Shown here: positions 37,503 through 48,029 of the stretch, piece by piece | How positions within the stretch are numbered: position 1 is the stretch's first letter | How the letters are laid out: each line of letters opens with the position of its first letter | From: an uncultured Gammaproteobacteria bacterium | GTDB taxonomy: Bacteria > Pseudomonadota > Gammaproteobacteria > Legionellales > Legionellaceae | Length of the DNA stretch: 64,000 bases | Reading direction: 5' to 3' | NCBI GenBank assembly: GCA_963803545.1 | Contig: CAWDMX010000001.1 | Span: 753,013-817,012, forward strand | Position numbers and translations under genes: made by a program | Notes under the pieces: model-generated | Databases searched by the model: none | What the model was told of the DNA's origin: nothing | The model's input: the letters and a program-made list of their open reading frames with translations, nothing else

Positions 37503-38810
37503 TCATGAAGTAGACGTCATCCGCGCCTTAAAAGATTTCATCCCTGTGAAGATTGGATCTGCAATCTTTTCTGGGAAGTGGTTTGGTAACTCTGTTGAGA
37601 CCTCATCAATAGCAGAATCGATACGCTCGATAACTTGCTCAAAAATCTTAACAGCTTTTATTCTCGAGTATTGAACGTATTTTGCTGTTTCAATAAAATG
37701 TCTTTTTTGAATACCGTCAATCTTGTAATGACTATTTTTACCGTATAAAGCCATTGCCATTTTCAATTTTTTAAACGGTAGCTGTTTTTGTTTAATTAGG
37801 GGATAGGCTGAGATCATGTCGTATAGTGGGGTGAGCTTATAACCACCTTGGGGTTGTAGACTTACACTGAAATTCTTGGCATGCGCATCAATAGCACCAA
37901 GGCACCAGTTAACGACCTGAGCCCTGAAAAAATCATCTCGGTCTTTTTGAGGCTGTTGCGAACCATTAAGTAGCTGCATAACTTCTTTAATACCCGGCCC
38001 ACCATCAGACTGATATTTTAAATTGGGTGAGTATCCCAATGACTGGCATAGATCTTCCTGTGGCAATCTAAGAATATCCTGATGATCGCGACTCCATTTT
38101 CTATCAAATCTTTCAACAACTAATACTTTTACATCTTCGAATTGTAAGATTTTAGATTTTGCAACATTTAAACCAAATTTGCTGGCCAGTCGTAAACAGA
38201 GATGTTCATTTTCACAACTTTCACTTAAATCAATCCCTTGATGAGATAAATATCCAATAGGTAGTTTGAATATGTGGGTTGTTGGTGTAGGTCCAAATGG
38301 TTTATGCCATTCATTTTGATAATATAGGAAAGCGGTTTTTTCCTGAGCACCGGCTATCGAGATTCTAAACTCATCATCCTCTTTATTCATTCCCAGTGGT
38401 GAGGTTTGGTAAGAGCGTAAAGTACGAGCTATCTCGGCTTCACTAACAATTTTGCTTTTAATTTTCAGATGTTGATTTTGAGGAATATCTTCAACAATTT
38501 GTATCGCACCAACACAATCACTGCCAATTAGAGCCAATAGATCAAACGGTTGTGATGAACTTGCTTGAAAACGAGCTTGAATTCTGGCTCTTATCTGCGG
38601 ATTATCAGGAAGTAAGTTATCAAAAAAATTATAAACAACTTTTCCTGAGAACTTTTGCGTTACTAATGGTAGCGATAAAGAAACTGGGCGTGAATACGGC
38701 TTGGAAATCCAGTCAGCGACGTAGCAAAAACTCAAACCACCTGCATTATCTTGGGTAAGCTCCCCAACGAGCTCATTATTCATCAATATGTATAATTTAC
38801 GCATTACCAT
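37503..38810 (-). CDS. hipA: HipA-family serine/threonine kinase toxin
   Basis: Motifs are LYILMNNELVGELTQD...FFDNLLPDN..IRARI...DLLALIGSDCVGAI...ISIAGAQEKTA. At 435 aa it is full length. Confidence 0.85.
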   Translation of the reverse strand: MVMRKLYILMNNELVGELTQDNAGGLSFCYVADWISKPYSRPVSLSLPLVTQKFSGKVVYNFFDNLLPDNPQIRARIQARFQASSSQPFDLLALIGSDCVGAIQIVEDIPQNQHLKIKSKIVSEAEIARTLRSYQTSPLGMNKEDDEFRISIAGAQEKTAFLYYQNEWHKPFGPTPTTHIFKLPIGYLSHQGIDLSESCENEHLCLRLASKFGLNVAKSKILQFEDVKVLVVERFDRKWSRDHQDILRLPQEDLCQSLGYSPNLKYQSDGGPGIKEVMQLLNGSQQPQKDRDDFFRAQVVNWCLGAIDAHAKNFSVSLQPQGGYKLTPLYDMISAYPLIKQKQLPFKKLKMAMALYGKNSHYKIDGIQKRHFIETAKYVQYSRIKAVKIFEQVIERIDSAIDEVSTELPNHFPEKIADPIFTGMKSFKARMTSTS

Positions 38811-39043
38811 TCTATATCTTCATGAGTTTCCTGTTCTTTTTCAACAAGATTTATATTTAGATTAAGAGCAGACAGGATTCTAAATAAAGTATCAATTCGG
38901 CTATTATCAGGGCTATTCTCAAACTTTGAGATGGTATCTTGTTTTAAACCGACTAAATCTGCAACTTCAGATTGACTCATTTTGAGTTGCTTACGCTGGT
39001 CATTTAAATATAAGGCTAAATCTTTTGTTGAGTTGATGATCAT
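38804..39043 (-). CDS. hipB: HipB-like XRE-family antitoxin
   Basis: The HTH is LKMSQSEVADLVGLKQDTISKFEN. The stop overlaps the hipA start (ATGGTAATG). The start is taken at MIINSTK. Confidence 0.75.
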   Translation of the reverse strand: MIINSTKDLALYLNDQRKQLKMSQSEVADLVGLKQDTISKFENSPDNSRIDTLFRILSALNLNINLVEKEQETHEDIEW

Positions 39044-39083
39044 TATTTTCCTTTTCTTACCCCCAGTCGCCAATATTATTAAA

Positions 39084-39133
39084 TTTACCCTCATTTGCGG
39101 GTAAATTCAAATATATTTCCATTTGCGGGTAAA
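39084..39133. promoter_or_regulatory. candidate HipB operator(s)
   Basis: A palindrome TTTACCC-N8-GGGTAAA lies at 39084-39105. A second copy of CATTTGCGGGTAAA lies at 39120-39133. Both are 40-90 bp upstream of hipB. Confidence 0.4.
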
Positions 39134-39402
39134 AAAGTTGTTGCTATGCCGCACCTAAATTTTTATTTGATTTCCTAACAGCTCAAGTTGAGCTTAAGTA
39201 TCATGCACCCCAAAAACTAGACCAGCAAAATCTAAAAATTTAGGAGATACTCGCCTTTGTTCGGAGGTTACTATGCCAAAGAACAAAAAAGGGTCATCGG
39301 CTGCTAAATTTGAAATTGCATTACAAGCAATAAAAAATGAAACACCGTTGAATGAGATAAGTAAAAATTATGCGGTATACCCTACACGAATGAATATTAG
39401 GA

Positions 39403-40092
39403 TTATCCAGCATTAAGAGTACGGAAATTATTGGTTAACAAAGAATCAAGCTCTGTTTTGTATTGCTGAATATTTTCAAAAAAATCCAATGTTGTTTGCT
39501 TGAAAACGTTGAACTTCTCATAATATTTATTGTAGAGCACTTTCTTTTTCATAAATTTCCAAAGCCGTTCAATCAAGTTCAAATTTGGTGAGTATGGAGG
39601 TAAAAACACGAGCTGAATTTTGGATTTTTCTAAAAATTGACCGACTAATTTTGAGCGGTAATAGCGTGCGTTATCACCGATCACATAAATAATAATTGCT
39701 AAGGGATAAGCTGATTCAACCTGCTCTAAAAGTGCTATTGTTGACTGAGCATTTATGCGCTCATCTTCACGGGTTATTACAACGTGTGTATCTGCATCCA
39801 ATGCGCCATTGATATTGATGCGCTGACGTCCTGTATTACTTTTGATAATGTTGTCTTGTCCTTTCTTAATCCAGCCATAGGCCAACATGGTGTTATGTTG
39901 TGGATGCACCCCATCCATATACAAAACAGGGTCGTTTGAGCCTTTATGCTCTCGAAGAGCCGTAAGCTGTTTTAGAAACTGTTCCTGCTTCTCTTTATCA
40001 GCTTTTGCAGGAACCAGCTTCGATTTTTTATAAGTAAATTTTAGTCGGTGTAACAAATCGGTCATGCCGCTAACTGAATATAAAAACTCATA
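39403..40092 (-). pseudogene. IS630-family transposase, DDE half only
   Basis: YSVSGMTDLLHRLKFTYKK...YMDGVHPQH...GDNARYY...PPYSPNLNLIERLWKFMKK is present. The N-terminal third is cut off by the element starting at 40095. Confidence 0.75.
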
Positions 40093-40094
40093 TA

Positions 40095-41027
40095 TAGTTA
40101 ATTGAATTTTAAATGACCGATAAATTGTATATAATTGTCGTTTTTAACTTCGGTCATATTTATGGGACATTCAACAGATTTAAGAGGATCAGTTTTACGC
40201 TTCATTGATTCAGGAAACTCAATTAAGGCAGCATGTAAATTATTTAGTGTCAGTCGTTCATCAATCCAACGCTGGAGAAGCAGGTTAAGTAAATCAGGGA
40301 CAATAGAGCCCAAGCTACGAATAAAATCTCCCTATAAAGTGGATGCATCAGCTTTAAAGGCTTACATTTCCGCCCACCCTGATGCTTACCTCAATGAAAT
40401 TGCTGCGCACTTCAATGTCACTGCTTCAGGGATATCAAAAGCATTGCGTCGTCTGAAAATCACACGCAAAAAAAAACTTCGCTCTATGCTGAAAGAGATG
40501 AATCCAGACGACAAGAATTTGTAGAAATTATTTCACAATACCCATCAGAAAAACTGGTATACATTGATGAGTCTGGAATTGATAAGTTTATGTCTCGAGA
40601 ATAGGGGTGGGCCTTAAAAGGACAAAAAGTGATTGGTGAAATCTCTGGTAGACGCTATGCCAGGGAAAGCTTTGTGGCTGGGTTGAATGGGGGTCGGCTG
40701 ATTGCGCCGTTATGTTACACAGGTACCTGTGACACAATATTGTTTAATTTTTGGTTGGCTAATTTTTTATTACCCACATTAAACCAAGGTCACATTCTGG
40801 TGATGGACAACGCAACATTTCATAAATCAGAAGAAACGCGTCTACTTATCAATAATGCAGGATGTGAGCTACTTTTTTTGCCACCGTACTCGCCAGACCT
40901 TAATCCCATTGAAAAATGTTGGGCGAATCTCAAGAGTAAAATCAAAAAAGTTATTGCTCAATTTTCATCCCTGTCAGAGGCTGTTGATTATGCGTTTCAA
41001 ATAGATCAATTAAAATTCAAGTGACTG
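40095..41027 (+). mobile_element. Tc1/IS630-like element, copy A (inactivated)
   Basis: IRs are TAGTTAATTGAATTTT and the complement of AAAATTCAAGTGACTG, flanked by TA on both sides. Two frames (40135-40524 and 40629-41024) join across an A9 run at 40468-40476. There is an in-frame TAG at 40602-40604. Confidence 0.8.
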
Positions 41028-41081
41028 TAATACCCATTATTGATCTCTAACAGGCTCACGGATGAATTCTTAGGTTTTTCA

Positions 41082-41640
41082 TCAATACAAGATCTTAAAA
41101 CTTCGCTTTTTCCGCTTAGCTTTTAAAAATTTTTTGTTAAGTTTCCAAAATATCGTTTTACCATAAGCGGCTGTTGAATCATACTCATGATCGTATGCGC
41201 CTAAATCCGTTTCTTTTCGCTTGTGTGGTGGTTCATTAATAGAAAATAAATTATGGCTTGGGCTGGTAAATTCAAATCCATGTCGGTATTTGTAATGATG
41301 TTTTCCGCTTGCTTTTAAATCATACCCATCCCAAAAGCATCCTCCGTTAGCATAATCAAAACCATTATTCAGCGCGTTTCTGGCTGCCCGATAAGGCTTC
41401 TCAAAATTTTCTTCTATATCCGAGCACATCAGGTTTCTATAGCGATGGTTCCATCAGAAGTCACATAGGAAAACGAAGGAAATGCTTTAATTAATAAAGC
41501 CACTGATGATTTTCGAGCCGCATTCCTTCTTCTAATAACCGCATAGGCCATACCTGCCATCTCCTCATAATTATTCATAGTCGAGGATTCGCCATAAGCA
41601 ATGGCGGTTAGAAACTCAAACTCAAGTCTTAAAGCGTTTT
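41082..41640 (-). pseudogene. frameshifted gene; N-terminal part resembles SleB-type cell-wall hydrolase (weak)
   Basis: The minus strand reads TAIAYGESSTMNNYEEMAGMAYAVIRRRNAARKSS in one frame. The 115-aa ORF (GGCFWDGYDLK...) is in another. Confidence 0.3.
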
Positions 41641-41768
41641 ATGAGTATTTAGTTCTTTCTGGAAAAAAGAAGATGGTTGCGCTTACAGCATTGATGCGAA
41701 AAATCATTGTAATTGCCAACGCGCGATTAAGAGATGCAGATCTAACAAGATGTTTGGGAGTTAATTAA
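41640..41768 (+). pseudogene. 3' fragment of an IS110-family transposase
   Basis: SGKKKMVALTALMRKIIVIANARLRD resembles the conserved IS110 C terminus. Nothing upstream matches. Confidence 0.35.
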
Positions 41769-42152
41769 AATTATTATTCAGAAATAGTTGATTACCCTAC
41801 AACCACGAGAGGCTACACACAACAGTGGGAGATATATCCCCTGTGGCCTATGAAAAAGAATAATAAAAGTGCCCAAATTTGGTTGACCAGAACAATATTG
41901 ATTGTTACCGACAGTTGCTCTCAAAATAAATGCGTCCTAGGAATGCAAAACAAAGGTGGGGCAGCTAAAACCTAGTAATGACGGGGCGTCCCACTTATCC
42001 CCTATGTCCCGCCCATTTTTTATAAGCGTGCAACACGCATTAAATAAAATTAAATAAACATAATCTACGATGATTTCCGCAACGCAATATACTATAATTT
42101 ATGCAACATGATATACTATGATTTCAACAATAGTATTAATAGAGAAAAGATA

Positions 42153-43667
42153 ATGAAACCATCAGAAAAACTGGCTCAATCCTTAGAAATTTTACGAGAA
42201 ATACAGCAAAAAGGTAAATATACCATTCAATCAAAAAATATCAGCAGAACACATCGCGAACGATTGGTAGAAAATGGCTTTTTGGAAGAAGCTATCAAAG
42301 GTTGGTACATACCTGTCAAACCAGATGAGCAAAAAGGAGATAGTACCCCATGGTATACTACCTTTTGGAATTTTTGTGCCACCTATTTGAATGAACGATT
42401 TGATGATAATTGGTGTCTTTCTCCTGAACAATCCCTACTTATCCATGCAGAAAACTGGACTGTCCCTCAACAGTTGATAGTGCGAAGTCCAAGTGGAACA
42501 AACCGTAATATGGAATTGCCACATAACACTTCAATGTTTCAAGTACGCTATAAAATGCCAACACCAGAAGATATCGAGGTAAAACAAGATTTAAGATTAT
42601 ATGCACTGGCACCGGCTCTGATCTATTGCTCTCCCAAATTCTTCTCACAATATCCAACTGAGGCCAGGGCTATTTTATCTATGTTTAATAACGCCTCTGA
42701 CATACTTCATTATCTATTGGATGAAGGGCGTTCATGGATAGCTGGAAGACTAAGTGGTGCGTTTAGGAATATTGGAAAAACACAAATAGCAGGTGATATT
42801 AAAATGACCATGGAAAGTGCTGGGTATCAAGTACGCGAGGAAGACCCTTTCTGTACAGTTGCACCCATAGATTTCTCAAAGGGTAATAAACCACCTTACC
42901 GTAGTCGTTTAGAAGTGATGTGGCATGAAATGCGACAGCCTATCATCGATTATTTCCCAAAACCAAAGCACAAGATTACTAATACTGAAAAATATATAGA
43001 ATCCGTTGAAGAAGGCTACACCAATGATGCTTATCATTCTTTGTCGATTGAAGGCTATCAGGTCAGCGCGGAACTCATTGAAAAAGTACGCTCCGGCCAA
43101 TGGGGTCCTGATGCATTTGAAGATGATAGGAGTCAAGGAAATGCACTAGCTGCAAGAGGATATTGGCAAGCTTTCCAAGCCGTTGAAAAAAGTCTGGTTA
43201 AAGTACTGGAAGGAGAAAATCCGGGAAATATCATACAAAAAGATCATGGCAGCTGGTATCGAGAACTTTTTCAGCCCAGTGTTGTAGCCGGCCTATTAAA
43301 ACCAACCGATCTTGCTGGATATAGAAGAAACCCCGTATACATTCGACAATCAAAACATATTCCGGCCAGAGCTCAAATTGTCAGTGATTTAATGGAAGAA
43401 TTTTTTCAGTTAGTAAGTCAAGAGAATGATCCTGCTGTTCGAATAGTACTTGGTCATTTCTTTTTTGTATATATCCACCCATACCCTGATGGAAATGGTC
43501 GAATTGGGCGCTTTCTAATGAATGTGATGATGGCTGCTGGTCATTATCCTTGGACTATTATTCCAGTTGATAGACGAAATGAATATATGGAAGCTTTAGA
43601 GCAAGCCAGTGTTCAACAGAATATTATTCCATTCTGTAATTTTGTGGCTAGTTGCGTGGATGGTTGA
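42153..43667 (+). CDS. Fic-domain protein (class II, internal inhibitory motif)
   Basis: The Fic motif HPYPDGNGRIGR lies at 43476-43511. An upstream SLSIEG fits the (S/T)xxxE(G/N) inhibitory helix motif. The start is taken at MKPSEKL. Confidence 0.85.
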   Translation: MKPSEKLAQSLEILREIQQKGKYTIQSKNISRTHRERLVENGFLEEAIKGWYIPVKPDEQKGDSTPWYTTFWNFCATYLNERFDDNWCLSPEQSLLIHAENWTVPQQLIVRSPSGTNRNMELPHNTSMFQVRYKMPTPEDIEVKQDLRLYALAPALIYCSPKFFSQYPTEARAILSMFNNASDILHYLLDEGRSWIAGRLSGAFRNIGKTQIAGDIKMTMESAGYQVREEDPFCTVAPIDFSKGNKPPYRSRLEVMWHEMRQPIIDYFPKPKHKITNTEKYIESVEEGYTNDAYHSLSIEGYQVSAELIEKVRSGQWGPDAFEDDRSQGNALAARGYWQAFQAVEKSLVKVLEGENPGNIIQKDHGSWYRELFQPSVVAGLLKPTDLAGYRRNPVYIRQSKHIPARAQIVSDLMEEFFQLVSQENDPAVRIVLGHFFFVYIHPYPDGNGRIGRFLMNVMMAAGHYPWTIIPVDRRNEYMEALEQASVQQNIIPFCNFVASCVDG

Positions 43668-44039
43668 TAGCCAAAGATATTAATTTCCAAAAAAGATTTG
43701 TAAGTATTTTCGGGTGGCAACTTTGCCATACTTGTTGGATAGTTTCATCAACCGAGCTTTAACAAATTGATCGCGGTTTTTGGCAACCTTTAATTGTAAT
43801 TCGCTCACATCTTCCGTTGAATACTTTGCATTATTTAACAGACCTCTTTCGAAATTAGATTACTCTAACTCCATACGAGGTAAAATCTGTTATTTTTTTA
43901 AGTGAGCCTGAACGAAGAAACGTAGTATTACGGTTGAATTTAGAAAACAAACCTGAAGATATACGTTTCGCGAATGAAAATTAGGGATTTTTTTAAAAAA
44001 AATCTTGCAATATAAATTAATGAGATCATGCTATGGAGC

Positions 44040-44272
44040 ATGAACAAACTCACACTCACACCATCAGAAATCATCGCTCTGAGGCAAGCGCACTATGCCT
44101 GCAAAGACAAACGTGCCGCAGATCGAATAAAGGCTGTTTATTCTCTAGGGATAGGCTTCACAGTAGCGGATGTCGTAAATATTTTGATGTTGGATGAAGA
44201 AACGCTGCGCAATTATGTAAAACGGTAACAATCAGGTGGCATCAATGCGTTGATAACGGATCACTACTTAGG
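44040..44272 (+). pseudogene. IS630-family transposase N-terminal fragment
   Basis: After MNKLTLTPSEIIALRQAHYACKDKRAADRIKAVYSL...RNYVKR comes a TAA where Tyr is expected, then QSGGINALITDHYLG. The fragment is cut by the IS21 end at 44273. Confidence 0.6.
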
Positions 44273-44384
44273 TGTAAATCAGCATGCAAAAATGACCCCT
44301 TTAGAGGGGAAATCAGCGTCGAAAATTGACCCCCTAAATAATTGTTAAACTAACCGTTGGGATCACTCAACGGAGATGAGGGGG

Positions 44385-45896
44385 ATGTTAATTGTGGAAA
44401 CGATCGCAAAAATACGCACACGTTATCATGTTCAGAAACAAGGCATTAAGCAAATAAGCCGAGAGCTGAATTTATCGAGGAATACAGTAAGAAAGGTACT
44501 CCGTGAAGGACAAACTGCACATGTCTACAAACCAAGGCAAGTGGTCGCCCCAAGGCTTGAGGATTATAAGGAGCAATTGCAGTCCTGGCTTGAATTGGAC
44601 AATCAATTACCAAAGAAACAGAGATGCAGTGCCATGCGCTTGCACCAGCGTTTGCGGGAGTTGGGATATTCAGGCGCTTATGACAGCGTACAGCGCTATG
44701 TAAAGCAATGGATGCTGGATGATGGCAAGGTGGGCAAGGCATTTATTCCACTTTACTTTTCGCCAGGGGAAGCTTATCAGTTTGACTGGAGCGAAGAAGT
44801 TGTAGAGCTTGGTGGCGTTGCTCAGAAAATAAAGGTCGCACAGTTTCGTTTGTGTTACAGCCGCATGCTATTTGTGGCAGCGTTTCCGCGAGAAACACAG
44901 GAAATGCTGTTTGCAGCGCACGCACAGGCTTTTTCATTTTTTGGTGGAATCCCGCGTCGCGGAATTTATGACAACATGAAAACGGCAGTTGACGTGGTTT
45001 TTACTGGCAAGGAAAGAATGTTCAACAACCGATTTATCCAGATGTTAAGCCATTATCTGGTAGAACCCACAGCCTGTAGTCCCGCTGCTGGCTGGGAAAA
45101 GGGGCAAGTTGAAAATCAGGTTGGCAATGTTCGCGATTGGGTTTTTGTGCCCCGGCTAAAATTTAAGGACTTCAACGAACTGAACCGGCACCTGACGGAG
45201 CGCTGCCTGGAGATTTCCAAAACGCGTGCACATCCTGAAGCGAAAGACACTCGTATTTTTGAGATTTTTGAGCAGGAAGGACAGGTGCTTCGACAGATGG
45301 ATGCGCCATTTGACGGCTATATGGAGAAGAGCTGCCGGGTTAGCAGCACCTGTCTTGTTAACTTTGACCGAAACCGCTATAGCGTTGAATGTGCCTATGC
45401 ATACCAACCGGTCAGCGTGCGGGCTTATTCTGACAAAATTATAGTGAATTCAAAAGGCCGTGTCATCGCCGAACATACACGTCATTTTGGTCGGGATAAA
45501 ACCATTTATAATCCCTTGCATTACCTGCCACTGCTTGAGCAAAAGCCTGGAGCTATTCGCAATGGTGCGCCATTCCACGAATGGGTATTGCCCGATGGTC
45601 TTAAGAAAGTCAGGGAAATCCTGATGAAGGACAAAGATGGCGACAAAGCCGTTGTGTCAATACTTCTTGCGATTTCCACCCACGGTCTTGAAGCCGTTGA
45701 TGCTGCCTGCAAAACAGCCATTTCAGAGGCGCTCATAGGAGCTGATTATATTTTGAATCATTTAAACCGCCAGAAAGACAGGCCAACACCTTCTGAAATA
45801 ACGACGCCAGACTGGTTAAAACTGGCCAAAGAACCGATGCCCGATATGGTTCGTTACAATCAGTTGCTCAGAGGGGTTCGCCATGCCATACACTGA
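44385..45896 (+). CDS. istA: IS21 family transposase IstA
   Basis: Motifs are [39 protein letters not shown] and YQFDWSEE...[10 protein letters not shown]. Confidence 0.9.
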   Translation: MLIVETIAKIRTRYHVQKQGIKQISRELNLSRNTVRKVLREGQTAHVYKPRQVVAPRLEDYKEQLQSWLELDNQLPKKQRCSAMRLHQRLRELGYSGAYDSVQRYVKQWMLDDGKVGKAFIPLYFSPGEAYQFDWSEEVVELGGVAQKIKVAQFRLCYSRMLFVAAFPRETQEMLFAAHAQAFSFFGGIPRRGIYDNMKTAVDVVFTGKERMFNNRFIQMLSHYLVEPTACSPAAGWEKGQVENQVGNVRDWVFVPRLKFKDFNELNRHLTERCLEISKTRAHPEAKDTRIFEIFEQEGQVLRQMDAPFDGYMEKSCRVSSTCLVNFDRNRYSVECAYAYQPVSVRAYSDKIIVNSKGRVIAEHTRHFGRDKTIYNPLHYLPLLEQKPGAIRNGAPFHEWVLPDGLKKVREILMKDKDGDKAVVSILLAISTHGLEAVDAACKTAISEALIGADYILNHLNRQKDRPTPSEITTPDWLKLAKEPMPDMVRYNQLLRGVRHAIH

Positions 45897-46611
45897 ACTG
45901 TTGTTAATGTTACGCAACCTGAAGCTTTATGGGATGGAAGAAGCGTTTACAGAAGCAAGCGAGCAACCAGGATTCAGTCAGCTGACCAAAGAGTCTCTTT
46001 TGTCAAATCTGGTTCGTGCTGAAATTGCCGACAGGCAGGCTCGCTCCATTAACTATCAAATGGGTACTGCCAAATTCCCTGTATACCGTGATTTGGACCG
46101 TTTTGATTTTGCATCGTCTGAAGTCAATGAAGAACAAATAAGAACGCTGCATGAAGGCAGTTTTATTCCTGCTAATCGTAATGTTATTTTTGTGGGCGGT
46201 ACTGGCAGTGGAAAAACTCATCTGGCGATTGCCATTGCCAGTCAGGCCATTAAAAACAGGTACAAGGCGAGATTTTTCAACGTAGTTGACCTTGTTAACA
46301 GACTCGAGGCCGAAAAGTTGGCCGGCAATGCAGGAAAACTCGCCGAGCGTTTGAAAATGGTTGATGTGGTTGTCCTTGATGAGCTGGGTTACCTGCCCTT
46401 CTCTCAGGCTGGAGGCGCATTGTTATTCCATCTTATCAGCAAACTGTATGAGAAAGTTTCACTCATTATTACCACCAACCTCAGTTTCAGTGAATGGGCA
46501 CAGGTCTTTGTTGACAAAAAAATGACAACCGCCATGCTCGACAGAGTTACACATCATTGCGACATCATTGAAACCGGAAACGAAAGTTACCGCTTTAAAA
46601 CAAGAAATTAA
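45883..46611 (+). CDS. istB: IS21 helper ATPase IstB
   Basis: The Walker A is [11 protein letters not shown] and the Walker B is VVVLDELGY. The gene overlaps the istA stop. Confidence 0.9.
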   Translation: MPYTELLLMLRNLKLYGMEEAFTEASEQPGFSQLTKESLLSNLVRAEIADRQARSINYQMGTAKFPVYRDLDRFDFASSEVNEEQIRTLHEGSFIPANRNVIFVGGTGSGKTHLAIAIASQAIKNRYKARFFNVVDLVNRLEAEKLAGNAGKLAERLKMVDVVVLDELGYLPFSQAGGALLFHLISKLYEKVSLIITTNLSFSEWAQVFVDKKMTTAMLDRVTHHCDIIETGNESYRFKTRN

Positions 46612-46932
46612 TTGCTTCTATATTTTACATTGTGACTATCACAGGGGGGGGGCAATTTTCGACGCTGACAGGGGGTCAATTTTGGATGCTGATTGACAAT
46701 TATTACTCTCCTCGAATTTAAATATTTAGTAAATACATGCAATTAAGAAATAGTGTCTTTTTTTTTAGCAAAAATGAGATTGACTTTTCTTTTGTCCTTT
46801 AGTAGCTTGCCCTCTGTAGAGTCTTTCTAAGGCTATCTACTAAAAAGAGGTTTATTGCAGGCTATTTTTAGGCCTCGATAAATTTTGACCACCTAGCTAG
46901 CTTTGTTAGTTGGGTTTTACTGTGGATTAATA

Positions 46933-47854
46933 TAGTGAATTAAAATTTAAACGATCCCCTGAAAAGCATGATCAATGGCCTGAGCTAATGTATCAAAATT
47001 AGCAATTTCATTCTTAATTTTCTTTTTTAAATTTGCCCAGCATTTTTCAATAGGATTTAAATCTGGTGAATAAGGGGGACGAAAGATCAAATCACAACCT
47101 GCGCCATTGATAATAGCAGCCGTTTCTGGGGATTTATGAAAAGCAGCATTATCCATTATAATGGTCTTACCACTTCCAATTTCAGGTAAGAGGAAATTAC
47201 TGAGCCAGAAGTTGAATAAAACACCATCCATAGTGCCTTGATAGCAAATTGGGGCAACCAGAGTTTTATGGATTAACCCCGCTACAAAACTTTCTCTAGC
47301 GAAGCGTTTACCAGACCTCTCACCAATAACTGTTTGCCCTCTCTCACTCCATGCGTGCTCCCTGGATACAAAGCTATCTATGCCTGACTCATCAACGTAT
47401 ACGATACTTTCAGGGTTCAAATGCTCTATGATTTCAATATAATGTTCGCGTTTATTAGGGCACCGCTCCTTGTAGAGCGAAGTCTTTTTTTTCGAGTTAT
47501 TTTTAACCGCTTCAATGCTGCATGAATAGCAGGGGCGGTAACATTAAAGTGAGAGGCTATCTCATTTAAAAACGAATCAGGATGCTCTTTAATAAAGGCT
47601 TTTAACTTATCTGAATCTATTTTGTATGGGTTGTGTGGACGACCAGCACCTACCAGTTGTCCTGTTTGATGTCTCAATCTCTTCCATTGCTTAATTGTCG
47701 TTGTACCAACTGAAAATAATGTACTCGTAGATTCGATCGTAGCTCCTGAATCTATATGGAAAAGTACTTTTTCCCTAAAATCTAATGAATAAGTCATAGT
47801 CTAAAAGCACTAATTATAACAAACATTTAAGACTTTTTAAATTTTAATTAACTA
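46933..47854 (-). mobile_element. Tc1/IS630-like element, copy B (apparently functional)
   Basis: IRs are TAGTGAATTAAAATTT (46933-46948) and the complement of AAATTTTAATTAACTA (47839-47854). A TA duplication is present on both sides. Confidence 0.85.
46947..47797 (-). CDS. IS630-like transposase encoded in two frames joined at an A AAA AAG site
   Basis: ORF1 is 47426-47797 (HTH; LKRLKITRKK). ORF2 is 46947-47420 (DDE; DNAAFHKS...PPYSPDLNPIEKCW). The ORF2 frame is open back through the A8 run at 47485-47492, so a -1 shift gives one product. Confidence 0.75.
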
Positions 47855-47869
47855 TAAAGAAGTTATGTT

Positions 47870-47968
47870 ATGAAAACAACTACAAAAACTAAAACCCTAA
47901 CTGTTTCTAAAATTTCTGCTGCAATTAAAATTGCCTTAAAAGCTTCTTTAATTACAGCTGTTCCTTAG
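47870..47968 (+). CDS. candidate precursor peptide (32 aa)
   Basis: The peptide is MKTTTKTKTLTVSKISAAIKIALKASLITAVP. A purine-rich AAAGAAG lies 7 nt upstream. It is the first ORF of the co-oriented cluster and is followed by a long hairpin. There is no homology evidence. Confidence 0.4.
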   Translation: MKTTTKTKTLTVSKISAAIKIALKASLITAVP

Positions 47969-47977
47969 TCTTTTTTT

Positions 47978-48029
47978 CAGGCGTAATATCACTCAAATTT
48001 ATTTTTTATTTGAGTAATATTATTGCCTG
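47978..48029 (+). promoter_or_regulatory. long imperfect hairpin between the small ORF and the E1-like gene
   Basis: The left arm CAGGCGTAATATCACTCAAAT (47978-47998) pairs with ATTTGAGTAATATTATTGCCTG (48008-48029), giving about 19 pairs with two small bulges. No U-tract follows. Confidence 0.5.

Larger units (their letters stand above)
44273..46698 (+). mobile_element. IS21-family insertion sequence, intact
   Basis: The ends are TGTAAATCAGCATGCAAAAATGACCCC and the complement of GGGGGTCAATTTTGGATGCTGATTGACA. Internal CAGCGTCGAAAATTG repeats occur at both ends. The element carries an istA-istB gene pair. Confidence 0.85.

Noticed and set aside
43680-43860. A minus-strand reading frame ending ...KARLMKLSNKYGKVATRKYLQIFFGN downstream of the Fic gene, considered as a possible antitoxin.
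   Set aside because: There is no ATG or RBS at a sensible position, the only Met gives about 22 aa, and no motif is recognisable.
47870-47968. Interpretation of the small ORF as a canonical microcin C (MccA) precursor.
   Set aside because: MccB-type chemistry requires a C-terminal Asn, and this peptide ends in Pro. No other small ORF ending in Asn exists between 47855 and 48054. Only the looser E1-dependent reading is kept.
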